A stretch of 49,729 nt of DNA from a virus. Shown piece by piece: positions 19,679 to 29,654 of this stretch (the stretch's first letter is position 1; every line of letters begins with the position of its first letter). Made by a program: the position numbers and the translations under genes. The notes below the pieces were generated by a model. That model did no database searches. It had not been told where the DNA came from and saw only the letters and a program-made list of their open reading frames with translations. The DNA is taken from IMG/VR virus record IMGVR_UViG_3300032102_000006, one strand, 5' to 3'.

Positions 19679-20612
19679 AAAAGACAGCTTGTTTGATTCG
19701 ATCAACAACGCAACAGACACGCAAGAACCTTTAGAAATTATTGTCGATGGAGACAGTTGGGTTTTTGGTTGTGAAATTGTAGATCCTGTTCTAGTTGAAA
19801 AACATGGAGAGGATTTGTTTCCTGGATATTACGATTTCGAAGAAGCCAATGACAAATACAGACGAACGAAGATATTTTCCTATCACTTAAGTAAAATGCT
19901 CAACTGTAAAGTCACTAACTTGTCGTGGCCTGCAGACGACAACGGTAGTATTTTGCGCAGGACTATGGAGTATATTGCTAGCGAATACATCGCCCTTGGG
20001 CGCAGCACAAAAAATCTATTAGTAATGATTGGCTGGTCTAGTCCTGAGCGCAATAGCTTTTGGTTTAAAGATCAGGATATGAGTCATTTGTTTAGACTAT
20101 GGCCGCAAGTTAGACATTTTGATCACCCTGCACAGGAAAAGTTTTGGGAACTTTACGTATCCTACCTATGGAATCCCGAAGAATACATTACCCGTTATGT
20201 TTTTAACGTTGTTCAGTTTCAGAATTTCTGTAAGGCACATGATATATCTTGGCTCTGCTGGAATAGCTTTTATCAGTCGCCGGGAAAAAATCCTCAAGAC
20301 TGGCATGACTTGGATATTCGACAAGAGATAGAACAACTGTTAGGAGCAACTGGCGGATATCAATATCAAGAAACTACTAGACCATCAGAGCGATCTGCTC
20401 GCACTAATAACTATTTGAATTTATGGAACACAGTTGATCCTGTTAGATTTTACAAAAAAGATCAGCCGTGTAGCACATTTAAGAGCTATGTAGAACAACC
20501 GCATTTAAAAATAAAACAAGTACTAAACGGTTGGCACCCAGGGCCAGACAGTCATCATGCATGGGCAAAAGAACTTGTTAGATACATTAAAGAACACAAT
20601 TTGCTTCCATGA
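19632..20612 (+). CDS. SGNH/GDSL-fold hydrolase or acyltransferase-like protein (start uncertain)
   Basis: VDGDSW block I, IGWSSPER and C-terminal WHPGPDSH..WA. Confidence 0.65.
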   Translation: MIMTKLEKNGLSGTFKKDSLFDSINNATDTQEPLEIIVDGDSWVFGCEIVDPVLVEKHGEDLFPGYYDFEEANDKYRRTKIFSYHLSKMLNCKVTNLSWPADDNGSILRRTMEYIASEYIALGRSTKNLLVMIGWSSPERNSFWFKDQDMSHLFRLWPQVRHFDHPAQEKFWELYVSYLWNPEEYITRYVFNVVQFQNFCKAHDISWLCWNSFYQSPGKNPQDWHDLDIRQEIEQLLGATGGYQYQETTRPSERSARTNNYLNLWNTVDPVRFYKKDQPCSTFKSYVEQPHLKIKQVLNGWHPGPDSHHAWAKELVRYIKEHNLLP

Positions 20613-21454
20613 TAAAAACACTTTATGTAAATGGTTGCAGTTGGACAGCCGGCAATGAATTAGAACAAGACCTTGAATTTGATCTACACATTGATAATTT
20701 AGGATTATACAAAGAGGACCCTGCTGATCCGTTAAATTGGAATTTGTTAGATAAAAAAACGCACAGCCCTGTAGCAGCGTATAGTGACTATTATAATGAA
20801 TTTAATTGGGGAAAGTATCTTGCAGATGCAGTCAATGCAAAGTATATAAATGCAGCAGCAGGAGGCGGCAGTAATGCAAGAATAGTTAGAACTACGCTCG
20901 ACTACGTGCTTTCATTGTCTGAACAAGACAGAAAAGAATTATTTGTCATAATAGGATGGACTTGCGCAGACCGCAGCGAAATTTATTTAGAAAATGCGTG
21001 GCAGTTGTGGAATAATACTCAGCCATTTGGACAAACTGTTGATAGATTGTTATTCGACAATGAAAAAACAATTGCAGCAGTTGAAAAGATACAGGAACAA
21101 TCTTGTGTCTATTTAAATTCCGACACTGCTAATATGCAGAATTACTTTCAGTCAGTTTATTTGCTTGCAAATACTTTAGAAAATTTAGGTGTTAAGTTTT
21201 TCTTTTTTAATGCACTGCCTGCTTGGTGGACAGGCGGAGACTTACAGTGTAAGATAAATGTAGAGGAAGAATTTAAACACTATATTAAATGGCACGAACA
21301 GCATAATAATATACTTGGTGCAACTGATTCGATGTATGCTTTTATGCATGATAATCGGCTTCCGGTTGCAAAATATCTGCATCCGTTATGTCGTGGACAT
21401 AGAGCTTGGGCTGAATACTTACTTGATAATATGCAAGCAAGAGGAATTATATGA
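20609..21454 (+). CDS. SGNH/GDSL-fold protein
   Basis: NGCSWTAG, N.AAGGGSN.RI.R, IGWT..DR and LHP...GH.AWA. Confidence 0.7.
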   Translation: MIKTLYVNGCSWTAGNELEQDLEFDLHIDNLGLYKEDPADPLNWNLLDKKTHSPVAAYSDYYNEFNWGKYLADAVNAKYINAAAGGGSNARIVRTTLDYVLSLSEQDRKELFVIIGWTCADRSEIYLENAWQLWNNTQPFGQTVDRLLFDNEKTIAAVEKIQEQSCVYLNSDTANMQNYFQSVYLLANTLENLGVKFFFFNALPAWWTGGDLQCKINVEEEFKHYIKWHEQHNNILGATDSMYAFMHDNRLPVAKYLHPLCRGHRAWAEYLLDNMQARGII

Positions 21455-22077
21455 ACTCACTGTGGGTATATGGTTGTAGTTTTAGCGAACCGTTTGGATT
21501 AGAATCAACTGGACCTCGATTTGACTCTAGTGGAGCTAGGATACTTTCGGCAGACTACTGGGGAACACATTTAGCTGCTAAACTTAATTTAACTTGTAAA
21601 ACAAAAAGTATTAGCGGCGTAGGATGGAACTATATTACAGAAGCAGTAGATGCTGATGTTTTATCATGGGATAGAAATGATGTAATAATAATAAGCCCTA
21701 GTTTTTTTACTAGGGTGACACTCGAGGAACTGGTTAAAAGAGATAGCCAAAGCGAACTAGCTATGCAAATGAAACCGTGGGATCAAATTTATAACTACAA
21801 TAAGACTAGGTGGAAACAAAAAATAAAAACCTTGCAGCACTTTGGCTATCAAGTTTATACATGGTCGGTTGATCCTGTAGAAGCAGATATAGTTGATAAT
21901 TTATTAGTGCCCAACGATACAACCGCCTGTTGGAAAGACTGGATGGATCAACACTACGAATATTGGACTAGCTTGCCTGGTGTAGTATATCCTATGGGCG
22001 ACTGGCATTTTAATCCGCAAGGACACCGAGCTGTGGCAGAAATAATCTATAAGCAACTATGCAAAAAACAGCAGTAA
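21451..22077 (+). CDS. SGNH/GDSL-fold protein
   Basis: YGCSFS, SISGVG and DWHFNPQGH. Confidence 0.65.
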   Translation: MNSLWVYGCSFSEPFGLESTGPRFDSSGARILSADYWGTHLAAKLNLTCKTKSISGVGWNYITEAVDADVLSWDRNDVIIISPSFFTRVTLEELVKRDSQSELAMQMKPWDQIYNYNKTRWKQKIKTLQHFGYQVYTWSVDPVEADIVDNLLVPNDTTACWKDWMDQHYEYWTSLPGVVYPMGDWHFNPQGHRAVAEIIYKQLCKKQQ

Positions 22078-22847
22078 TTGTTTCCGGTTCATTAAGGCAT
22101 ATGTCTTGGGCAGCAACCAGCTGGCAATTTAAAAATGCTGATTATTTTTTAGTAGTTGATGAATCTATTCAAGCTGCACAAAGTCAAACTTTTATCGATT
22201 CGGCTTATAATCAACTGCCTTGCAACAATATTAAATTTACTTCTACTTGTATTCTTGCGAGTAATGCAGCAATTGATGAAAATTTATTAGAGAAATTTCC
22301 TGCACACTCTACTAATGTCAGTGTTAAGATGGCATTTAAATGGCTAGTGGCTTATAATCAAATTCTTGCATTTAATAAAAATAGAAATTATAATCGTATA
22401 GTTTTAATACGACCAGATTTATACTTGTGGGGAGCAGCAGAATGGCCTGACATGTTATGTAATTTTAATACGCTGCCTAATACAGTGCATTCAGTTGCAG
22501 GAATAAGCGAAGACTGGAATAAGGATAGGAATTATCCGGTTATGGGTGATGTTTTATTTGTAGTAGATTTAGAAACGTTTGAAAAGCTATCTGGTTTTTA
22601 TGCTTATTTTTTAAAAAATTACAATTTAATACAGCAGCATAGATATGATATACACAGCCTGTTGCCTAAATTCCTAACAGAACATAATATAAAAGTAAGC
22701 GGTGATTTATCCCCGTGGCTAACTTTTAACGTGCTCAGACCCAATATGGAAGATTGCTTTGATGCACACGGGCTAAAACAAGGATTAAGCCCGAATGTGC
22801 TAATAAACAAACAGCAAGAATGGTGGAAAAATAAATATGGAACCTAA
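22059..22847 (+). CDS. Putative glycosyltransferase-like protein (SG.LR family, copy 3)
   Basis: AVIVSGSLR, YNRIVLIRPDL and GDVLFV; distant paralog of 17944/18812. Confidence 0.45.
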   Translation: MQKTAVIVSGSLRHMSWAATSWQFKNADYFLVVDESIQAAQSQTFIDSAYNQLPCNNIKFTSTCILASNAAIDENLLEKFPAHSTNVSVKMAFKWLVAYNQILAFNKNRNYNRIVLIRPDLYLWGAAEWPDMLCNFNTLPNTVHSVAGISEDWNKDRNYPVMGDVLFVVDLETFEKLSGFYAYFLKNYNLIQQHRYDIHSLLPKFLTEHNIKVSGDLSPWLTFNVLRPNMEDCFDAHGLKQGLSPNVLINKQQEWWKNKYGT

Positions 22848-23673
22848 AAATATTGTAATGTGCGGGGATAGTTTTGCAGCAGGAATAGGCTGTCATGACT
22901 TAACAACTGAACCAGTAGTAGCCCTTGTAGCAAAAAAATTAAACATGCCCTGGCTTAATTTAGCTAAAGGATCAAGTACAAATTTAAGTATTTTCTTGCA
23001 GGCCAAATATGTTGCAGAGCAATTAAAAGACACTACTGAATTAGTCTTAATAGGAAATACAAGTTATGACAGAGTAGAATGGTTTCCTGAAGGCACTGAA
23101 TTTGGCAACGGCGAACTGTCTATGCTGGACGTAAATTATCACGAATACCCGCCGTTTATGCCGGGTACTTATGTTGCTGATGGGGTAGGAATAGAAGGCA
23201 GGCCTCATCCTATGCAAGACCTTGACGATTATCGTGGTACTATGCTCACGGAAAATTACATGGGTGTTATAGATTTTTGGGAAACATTTGCCAGTCAAGG
23301 ACGCCCAAGCGATTACTACAAACGGTTTGACACTGAACCGAAATCTAAAATGCAAGCCCTTTATAATTTTGCAGCCATGGTGCATGAACCGAGAATAAAT
23401 CGAATCTACAGCATGGGAGTTCTTACCATGGCTCACAATATTCTTAAAAAGAATAATATCAAGCACTTGATCTTTAGTCAAGAGCCGAATGCCTATGCTA
23501 ACTATATAGACACTACAAATTTAGTCGAAATAAGCTGGGGGCAATTGAGTTTAGACTATCCTGATGATTTGGGAACGTATCACACTAGCGCCCAAGGGCA
23601 TCAAGTAGCAGCTCAAGCAGTTATGACTAAATTAAAAGAAAACAGATGGAACAAAAAATGGAAATCAAACTAG
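22837..23673 (+). CDS. SGNH/GDSL-fold protein
   Basis: CGDSFAAG, NLAKGSSTN and YHTSAQGH. Confidence 0.7.
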   Translation: MEPKNIVMCGDSFAAGIGCHDLTTEPVVALVAKKLNMPWLNLAKGSSTNLSIFLQAKYVAEQLKDTTELVLIGNTSYDRVEWFPEGTEFGNGELSMLDVNYHEYPPFMPGTYVADGVGIEGRPHPMQDLDDYRGTMLTENYMGVIDFWETFASQGRPSDYYKRFDTEPKSKMQALYNFAAMVHEPRINRIYSMGVLTMAHNILKKNNIKHLIFSQEPNAYANYIDTTNLVEISWGQLSLDYPDDLGTYHTSAQGHQVAAQAVMTKLKENRWNKKWKSN

Positions 23674-24098
23674 TAAGCAAACATTGGGGACATGAACTTT
23701 GGATAGCCGATGGCGTAAGGACTCCTTATGCTAGTAAGCGTATTTTGTTTAAAGCTGGGAATAGAACCAGCTTGCAAGTACATGAAAAAAAGTTTGAGAC
23801 TAACTATGTCTTAAGCGGCACTGGTATTTTGCATCGTAGTAAAACAATTTTAAACATAGAATATTTCCTAGAACACGGTATGACCTCTAAAGAAGTAGAA
23901 GAATATGAAGCAACTTTTGAAGTTATAGAACTTAAGGAAGGCGTTGTGTTTGATGTTGCTCCGGGTTATGTGCATCGTGTTATAGCAACTACAGACTTAG
24001 AGTTTATGGAAACTAGCACTACTGAACTAGATGATGTTATAAGACTACAAGACGATCAAGGACGCACACATGGCAGAATCAGCTACGAACACCAATAA
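23646..24098 (+). CDS. Cupin, mannose-6-phosphate isomerase type II-like
   Basis: KHWGHE, TSLQVHEKKFET, PGYVHR and DDVIRLQDDQGR. Alternative start at 23658. Confidence 0.8.
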   Translation: MEQKMEIKLVSKHWGHELWIADGVRTPYASKRILFKAGNRTSLQVHEKKFETNYVLSGTGILHRSKTILNIEYFLEHGMTSKEVEEYEATFEVIELKEGVVFDVAPGYVHRVIATTDLEFMETSTTELDDVIRLQDDQGRTHGRISYEHQ

Positions 24099-25620
24099 TA
24101 CTGTTATTATACCTACTGCTGGATTAGGCAGCAGAATGGGCAACTTTACTAAAAATCTAAACAAAGCCTTGTTGCCTTACAAAGACAAACCAGTCTTGGG
24201 GCATATTATAGATGCATTTCCCGCAGATACACATTTTGTTATCCCTGTGGGTTATCTTGCAGATCAAGTTATGGATTTTTGCCGTGTAGCTTATGCAGAT
24301 AGAAACATAACTTTTGTTAAAATAGATGATTATATAAGCGAACGCAGCGGTACGGCTTATACATTAAAACAATGCCGTGAATATATTACAGGGGCATTTT
24401 GGTATGTTCCTTGTGATACTTATTTTAATGAAGCTATAGTAGATAAAATAGGCAATAATGATTGCTATTTCGTCAAGCATGTTCCGGAAAAAGATACTCA
24501 TCTTTATACAATGTTTGATTTAGCTAGTGATTTTACTATTAAAGAAATACAGTTTAAAAAAACAACTCCTGACTCATGGACAGCATTTACAGGTTTAATG
24601 TATATACACTATCATGCTGAATTTTGGGCAGCATTAGAACAATTAAAAAGCAACGAGTTTATCTATACTATTAAACAAGGTTCCGACACGGCTGGATTAG
24701 TCTCATGGAAAGACTTTGGAAGTCCTGAAATTTATCAAACAGAATTAAGTAAAAGTCAAAAGTTTGATTTTAGTAAAAAGGACGAAATAACTTATATTGT
24801 AAATAATCGAGTTGTTAAATGGTGGCTTGATCCTAGCATTGCCGAGAAAAAAGCTCGTAAGGCTGAAATTAATGCAGGAGTATTTCCTCCTAATGTCACA
24901 CATAGTGGAAATTATATGGCCTATGACTTTTGGCCAGGACAAACACTTTACGAATTTAATAATCCTATTGCATTCGGTGAATTATTAGATTGGCTTGAAC
25001 AGACTGTATGGCAGGATTATTCTGTTAATGTAGAAGCCGCAGCAATAGAATTTTATAAAACAAAAACTCTATTAAGAATAAACAAATTTTTAGAAAAGTA
25101 TCCAAATTTATCTCCAGTACTTACCGTTGATGGTATTGCAATTAAGAGTTATCAACACTACTTGGATAATATAGATTGGCTATATTTGGCGCAGACTGCC
25201 CGACCGGGATTTATGCACGGCGATTTGCAGTTTGATAACATTGTTATTAACAGCGCAGGAGAGTTTAAGCTAATTGATTGGCGACACGAGTTTGCGGGCA
25301 TAGTTGAGTATGGTGATATTTACTATGACTTGGCAAAAATGGCTGGTGGCTTTATAATTAACTATGCCAACATTAAAAACCATAACTTTAATGTTGAAAT
25401 AGACAATCACGCAGTGACATTAAGCGTTCCTAATATAGACAATATAACAGTGTATCAACAAAAATTAAAAGACTATGTTGTTGCTCACGGACTTGACTAT
25501 AAAAAAGTTAAACAGCTTGTGCCTATTATATTTTGGAATATGAGTCCATTGCATACTGCACCGTTTGATCTGTTCCTTTGGTATTTAGGATTAAAGTTAT
25601 TTGCAGAGTTGGAACAATGA
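24070..25620 (+). CDS. Nucleotidyltransferase fused to choline/aminoglycoside-kinase-like phosphotransferase
   Basis: N-terminal AGLGSRM...NKALLP and CD, DFGS. C-terminal HGDLQFDNI, LIDW and YDLAK. Confidence 0.85.
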   Translation: MAESATNTNNTVIIPTAGLGSRMGNFTKNLNKALLPYKDKPVLGHIIDAFPADTHFVIPVGYLADQVMDFCRVAYADRNITFVKIDDYISERSGTAYTLKQCREYITGAFWYVPCDTYFNEAIVDKIGNNDCYFVKHVPEKDTHLYTMFDLASDFTIKEIQFKKTTPDSWTAFTGLMYIHYHAEFWAALEQLKSNEFIYTIKQGSDTAGLVSWKDFGSPEIYQTELSKSQKFDFSKKDEITYIVNNRVVKWWLDPSIAEKKARKAEINAGVFPPNVTHSGNYMAYDFWPGQTLYEFNNPIAFGELLDWLEQTVWQDYSVNVEAAAIEFYKTKTLLRINKFLEKYPNLSPVLTVDGIAIKSYQHYLDNIDWLYLAQTARPGFMHGDLQFDNIVINSAGEFKLIDWRHEFAGIVEYGDIYYDLAKMAGGFIINYANIKNHNFNVEIDNHAVTLSVPNIDNITVYQQKLKDYVVAHGLDYKKVKQLVPIIFWNMSPLHTAPFDLFLWYLGLKLFAELEQ

Positions 25621-26363
25621 AACATTATGTAAGTGTAAGCCAATTTCCCGGGAAGACTGGGCAATATTATTATACTAAATTTTTTGAACATTACAATTTA
25701 TCAGCAGACTACACACCGATTGGTATATCAGATAAGTTGAGTGAGTTTATTCAGCAACAAAAAACTCTAGCATCGGGTATAAGTGTTAGCATGCCTTTTA
25801 AATCTCGAGTTATTGACTATCTAGATGAGTTAGATATTTCTGCTATCGAATACGGTTCCGTTAATACTATTACCATTAACAACGGTATTACTCGCGGATA
25901 TAATGCAGACCTAGCAGGAGTAGAATACACTTGCAATTTAATTAATAAACATGATAGAATTATTATATTAGGTTCGGGCGCAATGGCTAAAATGTTTTTT
26001 GATTATTTAAAAACAAATGGTTATTCTAATGTAAAAATTGCAGCTAGAAATACTGCATATAACTCTTGGCATAATAGATTTAATGCAGCTGACGTTATAA
26101 TAAACTGCACAGCACTAGGAACTAGCTCAAGCGAAAGCCCTTATAAAATTGGACAAATGAGTCCAGATGTTAGAATGGTGATCGATTTAGCTATTAAAGA
26201 CAACGAGTTTGCAAAACAATGTGCGGATAAGTCTGTTAAATACATCAACGGAACGGTGTTTTATCGTGAGCAGTTTTTACGACAGTTTGAAATATACACA
26301 GGTATAAAACCCGATGCCGAATTATTTGATAAATTTGAGAGACAATTGCATGAAAAAATTTAA
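25617..26363 (+). CDS. Shikimate dehydrogenase (AroE)-like oxidoreductase
   Basis: GISVSMPFK, SVNTI, GYNAD, ILGSGAMA and IINCTALG. ATG 25617 overlaps the upstream stop (ATGA). Confidence 0.8.
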   Translation: MKHYVSVSQFPGKTGQYYYTKFFEHYNLSADYTPIGISDKLSEFIQQQKTLASGISVSMPFKSRVIDYLDELDISAIEYGSVNTITINNGITRGYNADLAGVEYTCNLINKHDRIIILGSGAMAKMFFDYLKTNGYSNVKIAARNTAYNSWHNRFNAADVIINCTALGTSSSESPYKIGQMSPDVRMVIDLAIKDNEFAKQCADKSVKYINGTVFYREQFLRQFEIYTGIKPDAELFDKFERQLHEKI

Positions 26364-27411
26364 ATTAGGCTTTGGTCCTATGAGCAAGTTGATTGCTAAA
26401 TCGCTTGCAAAATACTCTGCAACAACTAATAGTCCTTTAATGATTATTGCAAGCAGAAACCAAGTTGATGCAACTTCGGGCTATGTTTGTACTAGCCGAG
26501 AATTAGTAGAACTTGTAAAAGAGTATAAAACAGATAACCTGTTAATTTGTAGAGACCATTGCGGTCCTTATTTTGCAGATGCTGATAAAACACTGACATT
26601 AGAGCAGGCAATGGCTCGTTGTCGTGAAACTATTGCTGCGGACATTGCAGCGGGCTTTGACCTCTTGCACATTGATGTTAGTAGAGTTAAACCGGATCCG
26701 TTAGCAGCCGCAGCAGAATTGTTTGACTATGCATTAAGTTTGAATCCTAACATTAAATTTGAGTTTGGTAGCGAAGATAATACAGGCATTGATTTAGATT
26801 CAAGTATTGCTAGAATAGAAAGTCAATTAGAGTTTTTAGAAAAGTATAAAAACAATTTGGTATTTTTTGTTAGCCAAACCGGCAGCTTGACTAAAGAACA
26901 CCAAGCAGGCAAATTTGATGTTGCTATGAATAAACAGACTGCTCAGAAAATACATGCAGCGGGCTTGCTGTTTAAAGAACACAATGCAGATTATTTTACA
27001 GCAGAAGATTTAACTGCTAGAGCGTCTGCTGGAATTGACAGTTTAAATATTGCCCCGCAGTTGGGTAAAATACAAACGCTACTAACCGAAAAATTTGCAG
27101 CAGCTACAGCCTGGGCAGAATTTTCTGACTATGTTTATCAACAAGGCTTTTGGGCGCGTTGGGTAAGCGATCAAGGTCAAGACCGTAGTAATGCAGTTGC
27201 AGCCAGTGCTCATTATTGTTTTGCTACTGAAGAATATCAAAAGGTACTAGCAAGCATTATAGACTTAACACAGTTCGATCAAGCCCTTGAACGAGAGATA
27301 TTTGCCTTAATCGACTTTTACAAAAAGTTTGTCGAAGAGTCAGAATTCCAGGAAAAATTACAACAACGACTAGAAGAACTGCGTCGTAGAGATCCATTTA
27401 TATACCGATGA
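26350..27411 (+). CDS. KbaZ/GatZ (tagatose-phosphate aldolase subunit/epimerase)-like TIM barrel
   Basis: IASRNQVD..SGY, RDHCGP, AGFDLLHID, EFGSE, KEHNADY and NIAPQLG. Confidence 0.65.
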   Translation: MKKFKLGFGPMSKLIAKSLAKYSATTNSPLMIIASRNQVDATSGYVCTSRELVELVKEYKTDNLLICRDHCGPYFADADKTLTLEQAMARCRETIAADIAAGFDLLHIDVSRVKPDPLAAAAELFDYALSLNPNIKFEFGSEDNTGIDLDSSIARIESQLEFLEKYKNNLVFFVSQTGSLTKEHQAGKFDVAMNKQTAQKIHAAGLLFKEHNADYFTAEDLTARASAGIDSLNIAPQLGKIQTLLTEKFAAATAWAEFSDYVYQQGFWARWVSDQGQDRSNAVAASAHYCFATEEYQKVLASIIDLTQFDQALEREIFALIDFYKKFVEESEFQEKLQQRLEELRRRDPFIYR

Positions 27412-28880
27412 ACATTTGGGGAATAAGTGCCAACAGCCATGATGCTGCGGTTAGTGTTTGGCACGATAAACAACTACAATTTGCAGCACACAGTGAACGC
27501 TACAGCGGCATTAAAAATGATGGACATTTATGCGCAGGTATATTAGAACAAGCATATACGTTTGGCAAGCCTGATCTAGTTGTTTGGTATGAAAATCCCA
27601 AACTAAAAACCGCTAGACAATTTTATGCTGGCCAAGGCGATCGAACTGCCGAGAACGATGTTGAGTCTTATTTGGCAAAATACAACATTGATGTCCCTGT
27701 ATTTTATGGCGAGCATCACAAGAGCCATGCAGCAGCGGGCTACTATACCAGTGGCTTTGCAGATGCAACGGTTGTAGTTATCGACAGTATAGGCGAGTTT
27801 GAAACACTAACAGTATGGTCCGGTGAGGGCAATGAACTAAAACGAGTTTATACGCAGAACTACCCTGACAGCGTAGGCCTTTGGTTTAGTGCTATGACAC
27901 AGCGTATTGGTTTAAAGCCCAACGAAGAAGAATACATTCTAATGGGCATGGCTGCATACGGCGATGCTAACAAGTATAAAGCAGCTATATATGAAGATTT
28001 CTTTTCTACCATCAACGGCCCAGAAATTAAATTTAAACGCAACTTGCACAGAGGTTGCCCAGACTGGAGACTTGATTTATTAAGCCAGCAAGATAGCTTT
28101 GACATTGCAGCCGCAACGCAAGCGATATATGAGGAACTTCTACAGGGCATTAGTCGCTGGGCACGTAAAACTTTGCCTAGTAAGAATATTGTTCTTATGG
28201 GAGGCTGTGCTCTAAACTGTGTTGCTAACAGCACCATATCCGGAGATTGGGATAATGTTTGGATTATGCCCAACCCGGGGGATGCAGGATCTAGTGTCGG
28301 AGCAGTTGCAGCATACTTTAGCGAACAAGTTGCATGGCCTGGCGCTTACCTGGGCACCAATATGGGCGACACTTATCCGGTAGAGGAAACAATCGATGTT
28401 CTTAAAACTGAAAAAATTGCCGGCGTGGCTACAGGACGAGCTGAATTTGGTCCTCGTGCATTGGGGCACCGCAGCCTGTTGGCAGATCCCCGAGGACCCG
28501 AAATCAAAGATGCAGTCAACGAAATTAAGCGCAGACAAAAGTTTAGACCATTTGCCCCTGCAATCCTAGAAGAATATGTACATGACTACTTTGACATGCC
28601 CTTAGGTATAACAGCTAGCCCTTATATGCAGTATGTTGCTCGGTGCAAACAGCCCGATCTATTCCCTGCTATTATTCACGCAGATGGAACTAGCCGTGTG
28701 CAAACCGTTAGTAAAAACGACAGCCCCGGGTTCCGTAAGTTGCTAGAAGAATGGCACAAGGAAACAGGTTGCCCTATGCTGGTTAATACTAGCTTAAACA
28801 TCAAAGGACAGCCTATGGTTGATAATATCGAACACGCTCGTGCCTTTACAGCCAAATACGGTGTTAAGGTATTATCCTGA
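27408..28880 (+). CDS. Carbamoyltransferase, NodU/CmcH/TobZ family
   Basis: HDAA, HHKSHAA, EYILMGMAAYG, GGCALNC, PGDAG, EFGPRALGHRS, RPFAP and NTSLN. Confidence 0.95.
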   Translation: MNIWGISANSHDAAVSVWHDKQLQFAAHSERYSGIKNDGHLCAGILEQAYTFGKPDLVVWYENPKLKTARQFYAGQGDRTAENDVESYLAKYNIDVPVFYGEHHKSHAAAGYYTSGFADATVVVIDSIGEFETLTVWSGEGNELKRVYTQNYPDSVGLWFSAMTQRIGLKPNEEEYILMGMAAYGDANKYKAAIYEDFFSTINGPEIKFKRNLHRGCPDWRLDLLSQQDSFDIAAATQAIYEELLQGISRWARKTLPSKNIVLMGGCALNCVANSTISGDWDNVWIMPNPGDAGSSVGAVAAYFSEQVAWPGAYLGTNMGDTYPVEETIDVLKTEKIAGVATGRAEFGPRALGHRSLLADPRGPEIKDAVNEIKRRQKFRPFAPAILEEYVHDYFDMPLGITASPYMQYVARCKQPDLFPAIIHADGTSRVQTVSKNDSPGFRKLLEEWHKETGCPMLVNTSLNIKGQPMVDNIEHARAFTAKYGVKVLS

Positions 28881-28890
28881 GCAAGTGCGT

Positions 28891-28896
28891 TAAATA
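28891..28896 (+). promoter_or_regulatory. TAAATA late-promoter-like box
   Basis: Lies in a 24-bp gap, 8 nt before ATG 28905, with no SD. Confidence 0.5.
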
Positions 28897-28904
28897 TAAG
28901 CACA

Positions 28905-29654
28905 ATGCTGGATGTATTCTTTTTAAGTTATAACGAACCTTATGCCGACGAGAACTATGCGGAGCTACTAAAAAAGGCTCCTCATGCTCGTCGTGTTAAT
29001 GGCATTACGGGATTTACACGAGCACACCAAGAATGTGCTCGTAGAAGTTTAACTAACAACTTTTATGTTGTTGATAGTGATGCAGTTATAGTTGACGAGT
29101 TTGACTTTAAGTTTACCCCGAGTAAGTATAACACATGGTGGGGTATTCCTGAAAGCGAATGTTTATGTTTATGGAACAGCGTCAATCCCATCAACGGACT
29201 CGTTTATGGACACGGTGGTGTTAAACTATTGCCTAAAAAATCCCTACTAACAAAAAATCCCCATACTGTTGACTTTACTACCGGCTTTGGATTGAGTATT
29301 AAGGTATTCGACCAAGTAAGTAATATAACAAAATTTAACTACGACGAGTTTAGCACATGGCGTAGTGCATTTAGAGAATGTGCAAAATTAGCAACGAATT
29401 TAACTAATGAAGAATTGCGGCATAAATTAAATTATAATCAACAGGCAATTGCTCGTGCAATAGAAGAAACTAATCACCGGTTAACTGTGTGGACAAGCAA
29501 AGGTGCAAAAAAATCCTTTGGCAAGTTTGCCATAGAAGGCGCACGAGCAGGAAAAGATTATGGCATCGAGCATGCCGGTGCAGTTGATGCATTAGTTAAG
29601 ATAAATGATTTAGAATGGATGAAAGATGAGTTTATTAAATTCTATAAACAGTGA
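28905..29654 (+). CDS. Glycosyltransferase-like protein (NGLVYGxGG family, copy 2)
   Basis: DVFFLSYNEP, YVVDSDA, NGLVYGHGGVKL and TWRSAFRE. Confidence 0.6.
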   Translation: MLDVFFLSYNEPYADENYAELLKKAPHARRVNGITGFTRAHQECARRSLTNNFYVVDSDAVIVDEFDFKFTPSKYNTWWGIPESECLCLWNSVNPINGLVYGHGGVKLLPKKSLLTKNPHTVDFTTGFGLSIKVFDQVSNITKFNYDEFSTWRSAFRECAKLATNLTNEELRHKLNYNQQAIARAIEETNHRLTVWTSKGAKKSFGKFAIEGARAGKDYGIEHAGAVDALVKINDLEWMKDEFIKFYKQ

